From the human T2T-CHM13v2.0 reference genome, Homo sapiens, in assembly GCF_009914755.1 (NCBI RefSeq), contig NC_060935.1: 64,000 nucleotides of DNA; one strand, given 5' to 3'. The position numbers and the translations under genes are program-made. Positions 48,545 to 62,710 of the stretch are shown here, piece after piece; within the stretch, counting starts at the first letter, position 1; the number at the start of each line of letters is the position of its first letter. Under the pieces are notes generated by a model. That model saw only the letters and a program-made list of their open reading frames with translations, did no database searches and had not been told where the DNA came from.

Positions 48545-48602
48545 TCCATGCCTCACACATGGGAGACTCCATGCCTCACACATGGGAGACTCCATGCCTC
48601 AC
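48545..48602. repeat. 23-bp perfect tandem repeat, 2.5 copies
   Basis: TCCATGCCTCACACATGGGAGAC twice, then TCCATGCCTCAC. Confidence 0.9.
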
Positions 48603-48995
48603 CTGGAGTTAACACCCTGGATTTGTGGCCCTATTGTCCTTGCCAGCTTCATAGCAGACTTGAGGGCCAGTCTCGTAGCCTCTAAACTGTCTGGGAGGCC
48701 CCAGTGGGTGTTTCATATGTGGATGGAATGAGTTCACTGTCCCCTTCCTCTCTGCCTGTGACACCTGCAGTGTGCAAACCTCTGGAAGGAGGCATATTCT
48801 CTTTCTCAGCTACACCTGAGGAGGCTGGTTCTGCTTGGATTGTGGCTCTCTTGCCCTGAGTACTGGTTCCTTGCCCTGAGTACAAGGCTACCTAAATCTG
48901 CAAGATGTGAGAAGGATCTTTTCTTAGTTTCAGTCCTCACTGCATTTGGGCTCTGCTATGTCCCCTGAAGAAAGGGCTATACAAACTTTCTCCTC

Positions 48996-49733
<738 letters not shown>

Positions 49734-50588
49734 TAAAACTCTTGAAAACAATCACTTCAGATGTACATTATACTTTTCCCCCCTCTAATAGAAGCTTAAA
49801 AGTAGTCCTGGCGTGTACACCGTGTCACCCACCACCCCACACACTCCTAGGTGTCTGAGCAAAAATCTCCCCCATCCTACCTTGAGGTCCCAATGCTCAT
49901 GCACATCAATTTATGCAAATTGGAACTCACTGGTCTCATGTGGTTGGTTTCCCGCAGGCTCCTCCAGGACCACCCTACTATTTAACAAAGAAAGGCAGCA
50001 CTAACATTGGAACTTCAGACTTCAATGGCATAAATTCTGTGGACATGGTGGCCCTTGAACCACTCAACACAGATAGTAGAGCACATGAGTCATCTCTTGC
50101 CCTGTACAGGCACTGAGCCATGGCCACAGTGTCTTCACTATCAAGCTCTAGCCATAGATGATTGGGCACTGGGTTAGTTGAGGGGCTAAGAGACAGGATG
50201 TGCCTGCCTCACATTCCATCTGGGTGGACAGTAGGTTACTTTGTTTGTCCTCTGGGCCTCTTGAGAGAAGAATGCTAACCAGTTCCCTCTGTGTCAAAGA
50301 ACCAGTCCAGCCCATTCCCTTCTGCTACCCACAGATGTCCCTAGTCTCATGGCTGACGCTGGCCTAGAAGTCATGGGTTGATCTTGTCAGGCAGGGATCA
50401 CAGGGTTTCCTCAGTTCAGCTCCACAGACTTTCTGATCCAAACAAGGAGAAGTGAACTTCTTTTATTTCCAGGGGCCTAAGATGCTTTATATCCAGCAGC
50501 AGTTGGGAGAAGAGAAACTCTTCTCTCTCTAAGGTCTGCCCTTGCCTTGTTCCCAAATGGGCTGCATATGTATTTCCTAAGACACTTA

Positions 50589-50978
<390 letters not shown>

Positions 50979-51312
50979 TTAAATCTACCCTGCAAAGGGC
51001 CAATGGCGTAAAAGGACTGGGATAAGAAGAGGGAAATGACCAAGGGCTGTGGATGAGCCTCACAACAACATACTACGAGAACAAACTTCTCCAGATATGA
51101 GTGGTGTTATGGTCTGAATGTTTGCATGCCACCCAAATTTATTTACTTATTTATTTAGAGATTTTTAGTAAGATTCACTAGTGGCAATGTAAATAAACTA
51201 CAATCCAAAACAAAATTAGACAAATCTATCTAATAAATAAATTCATAACCATTACTACTTGCTTATAACATATCTGGCAGAGATGTTTAAAATGTCAACA
51301 ATATTAATTTTT

Positions 51313-51480
51313 TGAGGGTGGAGGGTAGGAGGAGGGAGAGAAGCAGAAAAGATAACTATTGGGTACTGGGTCTAATTCCTGGGTGATGAAATAATCAGTA
51401 CAACAGACCCTTACGACATGAGTTTACCTATGTAACAAAACTTCACATGTACAATTGCACTTAAAATAAAAGTTAAAAAA
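51313..51480 (+). mobile_element. Short L1 3' fragment within the retrocopy 3'UTR
   Basis: L1PB/old L1PA-type 3' end (GATAACTATTGGGTACTGG...AAAATAAAAGTTAAAA). Confidence 0.75.
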
Positions 51481-53034
51481 ATTACTTTTCTTGTAGGTTA
51501 ATTGTAAAAATATAACAGTTTTGAGTCAATCTCCATTAATACTTAAAGTACAAATATTTATTAAATGAGGTTCAAAAGACTTATAATACATACAACAAAA
51601 ACATCTATAAAACAAAGACAACTTTAAAAGAATTGCTCAATTTACTTCGTAGTGTTTATTTTTTTCATATAACACATTTTAAAATAGTATTTGTATCCAT
51701 GTATTTTTGGATACATGAAATTCACATCTAGATGTCTATTCTATTAAATCATTATTCTTTCTTCAGTGTCAAATCTTAATTTTCATTTCTGGCTGGATTT
51801 TTCTTCTTTAGCAATACTTTTTGTTACCCCTTTACTATATTTCTCATGGAAGAAATTATGACCTTAGTATGTCAGAAAATGATCACTTAGCAGATGTGAA
51901 TGCTGGTCCTGGTTTTCACATTTCTTCACATTTTCTGTTGTAATCAAGCACCTTGATGTGTGGCTGAAAAGCTTCTGCTTACAGTTGCTAATGAGCTTCA
52001 GACGGGTGTGGGGTTGTCATCTCTTCAGTGTATTCTGCTGTATATACTGGTAACCAATAGATTAGTCTTCCAAATAACATGAGAGTCTCAGCTGCAAAGT
52101 TTAGCAGGTCAAAAAGCATATTACTCGGATGATAACTCAAGGAAACAGGAATGTGGCTTCCTGGACATTTTTCTATCCCCTTTGATATTTCCTTCTGTGA
52201 ACCTATTCTTCTTGCAGATGCTTTAATACCATATGGAGGATCAGTGATTACTGCATTAAAATATGTGCCATTCTCCAGGAAAGTTTAGATGTATCTGAAA
52301 CCAGGACATTTAATATGGTCAATCATATTTGTCAAAATGTATTAGAGAAAGTATTACCTTCTCTAAACCATACTGACAAAGATTTGCCCTAATGTTTTCA
52401 TCTGGTCCTCTCCATTTCTGGTTTTTCTTACCTGCCTTTCCTGAGCCATAAACTGTGTTGTAGTTGATGCCTGTCTCATATACATATGCATCGAAATGAG
52501 CAGATGCTATCAGGAGGCCTCCTGTTCCAGCAAATGGATCAAAATCAGTATCATTTTCTCTTTTCCATAATTAGTCACAATGAATGACAAACCGGCATCC
52601 ATGCTTGTATTTCCAATAAAGTGTCTCATTTTGACAGTGTATGACTCAATAAGCTCTCTCTGTCCATCTGTGATCTATCTACTAAAATAAATATTATGCG
52701 AATTCTTAGGGATGCAGTTTGGGTCCAAACCATAATTCTCCAAAATATAGAATATATGTTGTGGCATCTTTAAATTTACAGAATTTAAATGGCAGAAATC
52801 CAACTGCTTTATTCATTTGACTTTTTCTTCTTATGTCAATGTTTTATTACATGTGTGAATCTTTATTTTATACACAGAGTATGAATATACAAATAGAACT
52901 TAGCACACACTGTACGTTTCGTTACATTTCTTGCAATACCTTCAGAAAGAATGCTAAGAATCCAAAATGGCGACTTTCTGTAAGTTTCCTGTCTGCAGGT
53001 GAACTGACCTCCAAAAAATGATAGCGAAGACTTT

Positions 53035-54764
53035 GTTTTTATTTTATTTTTTATTATACTTTAAGTTCTGGGATACATGTGCAGAACATGCAGGTTTGTT
53101 ACATAGGTGTACATGTGCCATGGTGGTTTGCTGCACCCACCAACCTGTCATCTAGATTTTAAGCCCCTCATATATTAGGTATTTCTCCTAATGCTATCCC
53201 TCCCCTTGCCCCCCATGCCCTTACAGGCCCTGGTGTGTGATGTTTCCCTCCCTGTGTCCATGTGTTCTCATTGTTCAACACCTACTTATGAGTGAGAACA
53301 TGCAGTGTTTGGTTTTCTATTCCTGTGTTAGTTTGCTGAGAATGATGTCTTCCAGCTTCATCCATGTCCTCGCAAAGGACATGAACTCATTCTTTTTTAT
53401 GGCTGCATAGTAGTCCATGGTGTATATGTGCCACATTTTCTTTATCTAGTCTATCATTGATGGGCATTTGGGTTTGCTATTGTAAATTGTGTTGCAATAG
53501 TCTTTGCTATTATAAATAGTGCTGCAATAAACATATGTGTGCATGTGTCTTTAAAGTAGAATGATTTATCATCCTTTGGGTATATACACAGTAATGGGAT
53601 TGTTGAGTCAAATGGTATTTCTAGTTCTAGATCCTTGAGGAATCACCACACTCTCCACTTCCTCTCCAGTATCTGTTGTTTCCTGACTTTTTAATGATTA
53701 CCATTCTAATTGGTATGAGATGGTATCTCATTGTGGTTTTGATTTGCATTTCTCTAATGACCAGTGATGATGAGCTTGTTTTCATATGTTTGTTGGCCAC
53801 ATAAATATCTTCTTTTGAGAAGTGTGTTCATATCCTTTGCCCACTTTTTGATGGAGTTGTTTTTTTTTCTTGTAAATTTGTTTAAGTTCCTTGTAGATTC
53901 TGGATATTAGACTTTTGTCGGATGGATAGATTGCAACAATTTTCTCCCATTCTGTAGTTTGCCTTTTCACTCTGATGATATTTTCCTTTGCTGTGCAGAA
54001 GTTCTTTAGTTTAATTAGATCCCATTTATCAATTTTGGCTTTTGTTACAATTGCTTTCAGTGTTTTAGTTATGAAGTCTTTGCCCATGCCTATGTCCTGA
54101 GTGGTATTGCCTAGGTTTTCTTCTAGGATTTTTTATGGTTTTAGGTTTTGCATTGAAGTCTTTAATCCATCTTAGTTAATTTTTGTATAAGGTGTAAGGA
54201 AGGGGTCCAGTTTCAGTTTTCTGCATATGGTTAACCAGTTTTCCCAACACTATTTATTTAATGGGGAATTCTTTCTCCATTTCTTGTTTTTGTCAGGTTT
54301 GTCAAAGATCAGATGGTTTTAGATGTGTGGTGTTATTTCTGAGGCCTCTGTTCTGTTCCTTTGGTCTGTATATCTGTTTTGGTACCAGTACCATGCTGTT
54401 TTGGTTACTGTAGCCTTGTAGTATAGTTTGAAGTCAGGTAGCATGATGCCTCTGGCTTTGTTCTTTTTGCTTAAGATTGTCTTGGCTCTACGGGATATTT
54501 TTTGCTTCCATATGAAATTTAAAGTAGTTTTTTTCTAATTCTGTGAAGAAAGTCAATGGTAGCTTGATGGGAGTAGCAATGATTCTATAAATTACCTTGG
54601 GCAGTATGGCCATTTTCATGATATTGATTCTTCCTATCCAGGAGCATAGAATGTTTTTCCATTTGTTTGTGTCCTCTGTCATTTCCTTGAGCAGTGGTTT
54701 TTAGTTCTCCTTGAAGAGGTCCTTCATGTCCCTTGTAAGTTGTATTCCTAGGGATTTTATTCTC
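53035..54764 (-). mobile_element. 5'-truncated L1PA (about PA7/8) inserted in the TRMT11 retrocopy
   Basis: Perfect 13-bp TSD TAGCGAAGACTTT (53022-53034, 54765-54777). Confidence 0.92.
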
Positions 54765-56015
54765 TAGCGAAGACTTTATTAAAGCAGACAGAACTTCAGG
54801 AGCTGCCATGAGCAGCAGACACCTGTTTAGGGTGCACGGCAGCTGTGCCCCCCAAATCCATACATTGAAACCTGATCACCAACGTGATGGTGTTAGGAGG
54901 TGGAAACTTTGGGAGGTGCTTAGGTCATGATAGCAGAACCTTGATGAATGGAATTAGTTCCTTTCTGAAAGAGGCTTCAGGGAGCTGCTGGTCTCTTTCT
55001 TTGACTTGAAGGCACAGCGAGAAGGTGCCACCTATGAACAAGAAAGTGGGCCTTCACCAGACATGGAATCTGCTAGCACCTTGATCTTTGACTTCCTAGA
55101 CTTCAGAACTATTAGAAGTAAACTTCTGTTGTTTAAAAGCCACCCAGTTTATGGCATTTTGTTACAGCAGCCTAAAGAGGCTAAGACAAGTGATGGCATG
55201 GGATGCAGGTAATTGCATCCAATGATCATGGGCCAGAATCAGTGTGATCCAGTCTCTTCTTTTAATAATTATGATTACTAAAGGAATCATCACTTACTAT
55301 GTGCCAACCTCTGTACCAAGTACTGGATATGCATTAACTCAGGGATCAACAATCTATGACTCATAGTACAAATCTAGCCTGCTGCCTGTTATAAGTCTAT
55401 TGCAATACAGTCACACTCGTTTGTTTATGTGTTGCCCCATGGCTGCTTTCTCACTAGAATGGCAGACATGAGTACCTGTGAGAAAGATCATTTGGCCTGA
55501 AAAGCCTAAAATGTTTACTCTCTGGCCCTTTATGGAGAAAACTTTTTGGCCTCTGCTTTAAACCTAACTTTTAGTTTACAAGTAATTTTTTGTTGCTGAA
55601 TAACAAATTACTACATTTAGCAGCTCAAAGCAACACAAATCTTATAATTTCCATGAGTCAAGAGTCAGCATAGAGGTTATCTGCTCATGGTCTTTCATGA
55701 CTGAAATCAGGTTGTTGTGTGGGGCTTCAATCTCATCTGAGGCTCAAGGTCCTCCTCCAAACTCTTTCAGGTTGTTGGTTGAATTCATTTGCCTGCTGTT
55801 TGCATAGCTGTGGTGCCCATTTCCTGGCTAGCTGTCAGCCAGGGACTGACTTAGAAGCCACCATTAGGTCCTTGCCATGTGGCCACATCTCTCACAACAA
55901 GGCAGCTTACTCCTTCAAGACAAGCAGGAGAATGTGTCTTCTGCTTCAAATCTCTTTTATGGGCTCACTGACTTTTGGCTTATATTCTAAAGGTGAGATA
56001 ATGACAGAACTTTGA

Positions 56016-56192
<177 letters not shown>

Positions 56193-56752
56193 AAGAACAG
56201 TTTTAAAATCAATGAAACAATAATTTTAGGAAATGTTATAATTTTAGCTTACTAAACTGACTTTTTCACTATAGAATAAATGAATATATGTGAATCCCTA
56301 CAGGTCCCAAATCTTGAGTTATGCAAATAAAATAATTGAAATCTTCCCCTTTTAACACTTAGTGAAAATTTTCAGGATAAAGAGAATGACAGTTCTGACA
56401 AGAGAAGAGATGGGAAGGGAAAAACAGTAGTTCTGGAAACATTAGGTAAGGATGTTTGGACTTGGAGAGGAGTAGTGGAGTAGGGTGGACAAGATGACTT
56501 TAAAAGTCACTTCCAATGTTGAGATTTCTATAACTCTTGGAAAACAGGTTCCAGGAAGGTTCTGAGAGGCTTGGGATAGAGAATAGATTAAAAAAGGCAG
56601 ACATGAATCAGGTGGAGGAGCAGGATGTTCACAAATGGGAAACAACTGATCTTGCAAGTTTGTCAAGGAGCTACTGGGGAAGTCACATCCTGCTCCTCCT
56701 TCAATAGCTTAAGGACTTTAAGAGGAGACTGGTCAAGAAGTTTCAGCTAGAG

Positions 56753-58011
56753 TTACAGCCTCTCAAAAACCCAGAAGTTACCTATGGCCTTTTTGAAGGC
56801 AACTTGTATATCCTTCTTTAGACTTTGGATCAAAAGTTCTAGCATAGGAATAAAGATGGTGCAAGTCATGATGCCAACTTGTCTTCTGTCAGTGATTTAT
56901 CTGAGATACTTCACATGTCTGAAGATGGGGATCCCAAAGGAAGGTCATAGCAGTTAGGTGGGAGGCACAAGTGGATGGATAAAATTATTGGCTTTGCCAC
57001 TCGATGATTTCATCCTCAAAGCCCTGATGATTAGCAGGTAAGAGATCAGGATGACCCTAGTGCCAGCTATAATCATAAAAGCTGTCAAAGATCACAATAA
57101 TTATCTTGCTGTTTCCTGAAGTATTTCAAATGAGCTTCAGCAGGGGCAGGATGTGACAGAATTTGATCTAATTGTCATCACAGAAGAAGCGGGCAAATGT
57201 GCAGATGGTGTTGAAAGTGGCTCCTGATAGTCCTCAGGTGTAGGCATTCACCATGTTCACCATCAAAACCCAGCATGTCAGCCAGGCATGGTGGCTCATG
57301 CCTGTAATCCCAGGACTTTAGGAGGCTGAGGTGGGCAGATCATTTGAGGCCAGGAGTTTGAGATCAGCCTGGTCATCATGGCAAAACCTCATCTTTACTG
57401 AAAATACAAAAATTAGCCAGGCATGGTGGTGCATGCCTGTAATTCCAGCTACCTGGGTGGCTGAGGCATGAGAAACGAGAATCGCTTGAACCCAGGAGGT
57501 GGAGGTTGCCGTGAGCTGAGATCGTGCCACTGCACTCCAGCCTGGGTGATGGAATGAGACTCTGAAAAAGAAAAACAACAACGACGACAACAACAAATCC
57601 CCACCAAAAAAAAACCCCAACATGTCTTGAAGTTCATGGCTTGTAGTGTGGGGCAGTGGGCTGCTTATGGTCATTGCTGTTGGCAGGAAACACTAAGTTC
57701 CTACACAAATGAAGAAAAAGGACCTCATTGCTTTTATTAGCGGCCATAGGAAATGGTTGTCTTGCCTGTGGCCAGAATGGCCAGGATCTGAGGCATGATG
57801 ACTGAGGTATCCCAAAGGGTGACATTTGTTAGGAAGAAGTATATAGGGTGAAGAGATGCACATTCACTTGGGTCAGAATGACCCATTCCATATTTCTCAA
57901 AATAATGGCCAGGAAGCAACTGAGAAACACTAAGAACAAGGGCATTTCCAACTCTGGGTAATCAGTGAAGTTCATAAACCCATTCATAGAGATGAGATTC
58001 TTTTCAGTTGT
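56753..58011 (-). pseudogene. OR9L1P: Family-9 olfactory receptor pseudogene, start codon lost, Alu-interrupted
   Basis: YPELEMPLFLVFLS, YFFLTNV, PQILAILATGKTTISYG, ILISYLLII, STCASHLTA, IPMLELLIQSL; many stops and frameshifts. The symbol comes from family plus recalled position. Confidence 0.8.
57280..57610 (+). mobile_element. Alu inserted in the OR pseudogene
   Basis: TSD AAAACCC(C)A(G/A)CATGTC. Confidence 0.95.
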
Positions 58012-58874
58012 AGGTTCACTATTGCTTGCTCTCTGAGATTGGAAATAGAATATTACCTCTAGAACTGTGGACAAGGTATTATTCTTCTACAGTAGTTATT
58101 GTGAGGATGTCCTAGGCATATCTCAACGAGAAAGTAAATGGTTGCCCTCTAGAAGACCCATCATTGGTATTTTCTCTTGAGCATCTCCTCTCTTTGAAAA
58201 CATCGAATGGAGCTGATATGGAGCATTGTTCCTGGTTAAAATCTACCTGTTGGCTCATAACTGGAGTCTTCCACAAAGATGACAGGCTCTGAGAATCTCA
58301 GAATTGGAAAAGACTTGGCAAAGACATTCACCTTACAAGTGATGAAGCAAGGACAGAAACAGAATTCTTTTAACTCAATCTCATTTCTTTTTCCAGGAGA
58401 CAGCACTGATCCTTGTAGACCATTTGACTGTTTTGTGATAGAGAACTCGAGGAAAGACTTCCCAAGGAACTCAAGTAAAGGGTGTTTATTCTATGTCAAT
58501 GCATGTGAAAACTTCAGCTTCACAGAGGTTGAAGATGCAGGGTAGGTCCTACATCAGGAAGGCCCTAGAGACTACAGCAGAAGGAAGTCAAGGATCTTTG
58601 CTTTGGTGTACCACCGCAACCATCACTCAGTTGTACTCTGAGTTCTGAGTCTTTTTTTTTTTTTATCTTGCTGGTGTCATTTCTCTCAATTTTAGGGCTT
58701 TGCAAAAAGATTCCTTGGGCTCCTGAAGGAGTTATGGAATGGCTTGAGGAGATCCATTATTATCCAAGTAGTGAGTGAATGAAAAGCATTCTAAAATAAA
58801 TTAAAATTATATACTTTTTAGAGTATTCATTAATCAGTAAATTGAATTTTTATATTGGTAGAGCTCTAAAATAG

Positions 58875-59395
58875 TTTGTAGGAGATTGCAAAAGTGGCCA
58901 CAATACCTCGAAGCAACTCTCATCGAAAGACTGAATTTATCTCTCCATTTCTTGAAACTGTATGGTCTCATGACTTACTTTGATAGAGTGTGGTGGAAGT
59001 GATGTCATGCCAGTTGTAGCTCTAGGCCTCAAAAGGCTTTGAGCCTGCTGTTTTTGCATTTTTGGAATCATGAGAATGCCATGTGAATGAGCCTGGATAG
59101 CTTACTGGAGAACAGGAAACCATGAGAAAAGGCGCCCCAGTTGCCTCAGTTGTACCAGATGAAGTCATTATTGACCATTCAGGCTCATACATATTGACAA
59201 TTCAGGCTCATACCTGGCAGAGAACTACAGGCAAATGAGCATATCCAACCAATATCAGCCAAGTCCCACTCAGACCAGAACTGCCCAGCTGAGCCAACAC
59301 AAACTGCTGACTTGTAGAATAGTGAGTTAAGTGAATGGTTGTTGGTTAAACCCACTGTTTTTTAAGTTTTAAGTTACGCAGCAAAGAGTAATAAA
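58875..59395 (+). mobile_element. MLT1-type MaLR LTR
   Basis: GCAAAAGTGGCCACAA...CTAGGCCTCAAAAGGC...GAACTGCCCAGCTGAGCC motifs. Confidence 0.65.
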
Positions 59396-61202
59396 TACCT
59401 AGTTCTACAAAAACGATTTTCTTTTTCTAAAATGTCAACTTTTATTTTAGATACGGGGGTACATGTGCAGGCTTGTTACATGGGTATATTGCACCCAGGT
59501 AGTGAGCATAGCACCCAATAGGTAGTTTTTCAACCCACACCCTCTCCTCCCTTCCCCCACTAGTAGTCTGCAGTGTCTATTGTTCCATTGTTTATGTCCA
59601 TGTGTGCTCAATGTTTAGCTCCCATTTATGCATGAGAATATGTGGTATTCAGTTTTTTGTTCCTGTGTTAATTTGCTTAGGATCATGGCTGCCTGCTGCA
59701 TCCATGTTGCGGCAAGGGACATGATTTTATTCCTTCTTAGGGCTGCATAGGATTCCATGGTGCATATGTACCACATTAAAAAAATCCACTTCACTGTTGA
59801 TGGGCACCCACATTGATTTCCTGTCTTTGTATTGTGCATAGTGCTGTAATGAACTTAGGAGTGTATGTGTCTTTTTGGTAGGACAATTTATATTCTTTTG
59901 GGTAGATACCTAATAGTGGGATTGCTGGCTTGAATGGTAGTTCTATTTTTAGTTCCTTAAGAAATCTCCAAACTGCTTTCCACTGTGGCTGAACTAATTT
60001 ACATTTCCACCAACGCATATAAGCATTCCCTTTTTCCACAGCCTCACCGGCATTTGTTGTTTTTTGACTTTTTAATAATAACTATTCTGACTGGTGTGTG
60101 ATGGTATCACATTGAGGTTTTTGATTTGCATTTCTCTGATGATTAGTGATGATTAGCATTTTTCCATACGTTTGTTGACTGCTCGTATGTGTCCATCTGA
60201 GAAATGTCGGCTCATGTCCTTGGACCATTTTTTAAAAATTATACTTTAAGTTCGGTTACACGTGCACCACCTGCAGGTTTGTCACATAGGTATACATGTG
60301 CCATGTTGGTTTGCTGCACCCATCAACTTGTCATTTACATTAGGTATTTCTCCTAATGCTATCCCTCCCCTTGTCCCCCACCCCCCGACAGGACCCAGTG
60401 TGTGATGTTCCCCGTCCTGTGTCCATGTGTTCTCGTTGTTCATCTCCCACCTATGAATGAGAACATGTGGTGTTTGGTTTTCTGTCCTTGTGATAGTTTG
60501 CTTAGAATGATGGTTTCCAGCTTCATCCATGTCCCTACAAAGGACATGAACTCATCCTTTTTTGTGGCTGCATAGTATTCCATGGTGTATATGTGCCACA
60601 TTTTCTTAATCCAGTCTATCACTGAAAGACATTTGGGTTGGTTCCAAGTCTTTGCTATTGTGAATAGTGCTGCAATTAACATACATGTGCATGTGTCTTT
60701 ATAGTAGCATGATTTATCATCCTTTGGGTATATACTCAGTAATGGGATTGCTGGGTGAAATGGTATTTCTACTTCTAGATCCTTGAGGAATCGCCACACT
60801 GTCTTCCACAGTGATTGAACTAATTTACACTCCCACCAGCAGTGTAAAAGTGTTCCTATTTCTCCATGTCCTCTCCAGCATCTGTTGTTCCTTGAGTTTT
60901 TAATGATCACCATTCTAACTGGTGTGAGATGTTATCTCATTGTGGTTTTGATTTGCATTTCTCTAATGACCAGTGATGATGAGCTTGTTTTCATATGTTT
61001 GTTGGCTGCATAAATGTCTTCTTTTGAGCAGTGTCTGTTCATATCCTTTGCCTACTTTTTGATGGGGTTGTTTGTTTTTTTCTTGTAAATTTGCCTAAGT
61101 TCTTTGTAGATTCTGGATATTAGCCCTTTGTCAGATGGGTAGATTGCAAAGATTTTTTCCCATTCTGTAGGTTGCCTGTTCACTCTGATGATAGTTTCTT
61201 TT

Positions 61203-62143
61203 TTTTTTTTTTTTACTTTTGTTGACTTTATTGATCTAAATAATATGCTATTAATGTAGTCAACATTTACATTGGCTTTCTTAAGATATTAGTTACAGTG
61301 TTGACTTAAATTGACCTTTCTATCAGATAAAATGATCAGGGCATTTTTAAGAAACATTTTGTATTGTTAAGTTAGGTCTTCTTCATTTATGCAGCCAAAA
61401 GACACATGAAAAAATGCTCATCATCACTGGCCATCAGAGAAATGCAAATCAAAACCACAATGAGATACCATCTCACACCAGTTAGAATGACAATCATTAA
61501 AAAGTCAGGAAACAACAGGTGCTGGAGAGGATGTGGAGAAATAGGAACATTTTTACACTGTTGGTGGGACTGTAAACTAGTTCAACCATTGTGGAAGTCG
61601 GTGTGGCAATTCCTCAGGGATCTAGAACTAGAAATAGCATTTGACCCAGCCATCCCATTACTGGGAATATACCCAAAGGACTATAAGACACATGCACAAG
61701 TATGTTTATTGTGGCACTATTTACAATAGCAAAGATTTGGAGCCAACCCAAATGTCCAACAATGATAGACTGGATTAAGAAAATGAGGCACATATACACC
61801 ATGGAATACTATGCAGCCATAAAAAATGATGAGTTCATGTCCTTTGTAGGGACATGGATGAAATTGGAAATCATCATCCTCAGTAAACTATCGCAAGGAC
61901 AAAAAACCAAATACCACATGTTCTCACTCACAGATGGGAATTGAACAATGAGAACACATGGACACAGGAAGGGGATCATCACACTCTGGGGCCTGTTGTG
62001 GGGTGGGGGGAGGGGGGAGGGATAGCTTTAGGAGATATACCTAATGCTAAATGACGAGTTAATGGGTGCAGCACACCAGCATGGCACATGTATGCATATG
62101 TAACTAACCTGCACATTGTGCACATGTACCCTAAAACTTAAAG

Positions 62144-62180
<37 letters not shown>

Positions 62181-62382
62181 GTTAGGTCTTCTTTTTTTAA
62201 AATTTTATTATTATTATACTTTAAGTTTTAGGGTATATGTGCACAATGTGCAGGTTAGTTATATATGTGTACATGTGCCATGCTGGTGTGCTGCACCCAT
62301 TAACTCGTCATTTAGCATTAGGTATATCTCCTAAAGCTATCCCTCCCCCCTTCCCCCACCCCACAACAGTCCCCAGAGTGTA
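61203..62382 (-). mobile_element. Short L1PA 3' end (62194-62382) with a ~170-bp 3' transduction (61215-61383) and a second poly-A
   Basis: 15-bp TSD ATGATAGTTTCTTTT (61188-61202, 62383-62397); AATAAA on the minus strand at ~61227-61232. Confidence 0.82.
61384..62178 (+). mobile_element. L1PA3-like 3' fragment inserted into the transduced segment
   Basis: 15-bp TSD AAGTTAGGTCTTCTT (61369-61383, 62179-62193); (TAA)n tail. Confidence 0.9.
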
Positions 62383-62563
62383 ATGATAGTTTCTTTTGCT
62401 ATGCAGAAGCTCTTTAGTTTAATTAGATCCCATTTGTCTATTTTGGCTTTTGTTGCCATTGCTTTTGGTGTTTTAGTCATGAAGTCTTTGCCCATGCCTA
62501 TGTCCTGAATGGTATCGCCTAGGTTTTCTTCTAGAGTTTTTACGGAGTTAAGTCTTACATTTA

Positions 62564-62710
<147 letters not shown>

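Larger units (their letters stand above)
51143..54843 (-). pseudogene. TRMT11 processed pseudogene (tRNA m2G10 methyltransferase), interrupted by L1s
   Basis: Intronless remnants LPCTLNRCLLLMA, FGGQF..ETYRKSPFWILSI, YGLDPNCIP, RHFIGNTSMDAGLSFI, FDPFAGTGGLLI, KWRGPDENIRANL and ITDPPYGI; stop at 51783-51785; A-rich tail and TSD. Confidence 0.9.
51105..55188 (+). mobile_element. MST/MLT1A-type MaLR LTR split by the TRMT11 retrocopy (51105-51142 and 54844-55188)
   Basis: TGTTATGGTCTGAATG start and GGCTAAGACA end; duplicated (CA/TG)TGCC(A/C)CCCAAAT at both junctions. Confidence 0.75.

Noticed and set aside
52315-52357. Retained intron in the TRMT11 retrocopy (AAG|GTAATA looks like a donor)
   Set aside because: Better explained as an inverted duplication, since the missing KYYL codons appear on the opposite strand
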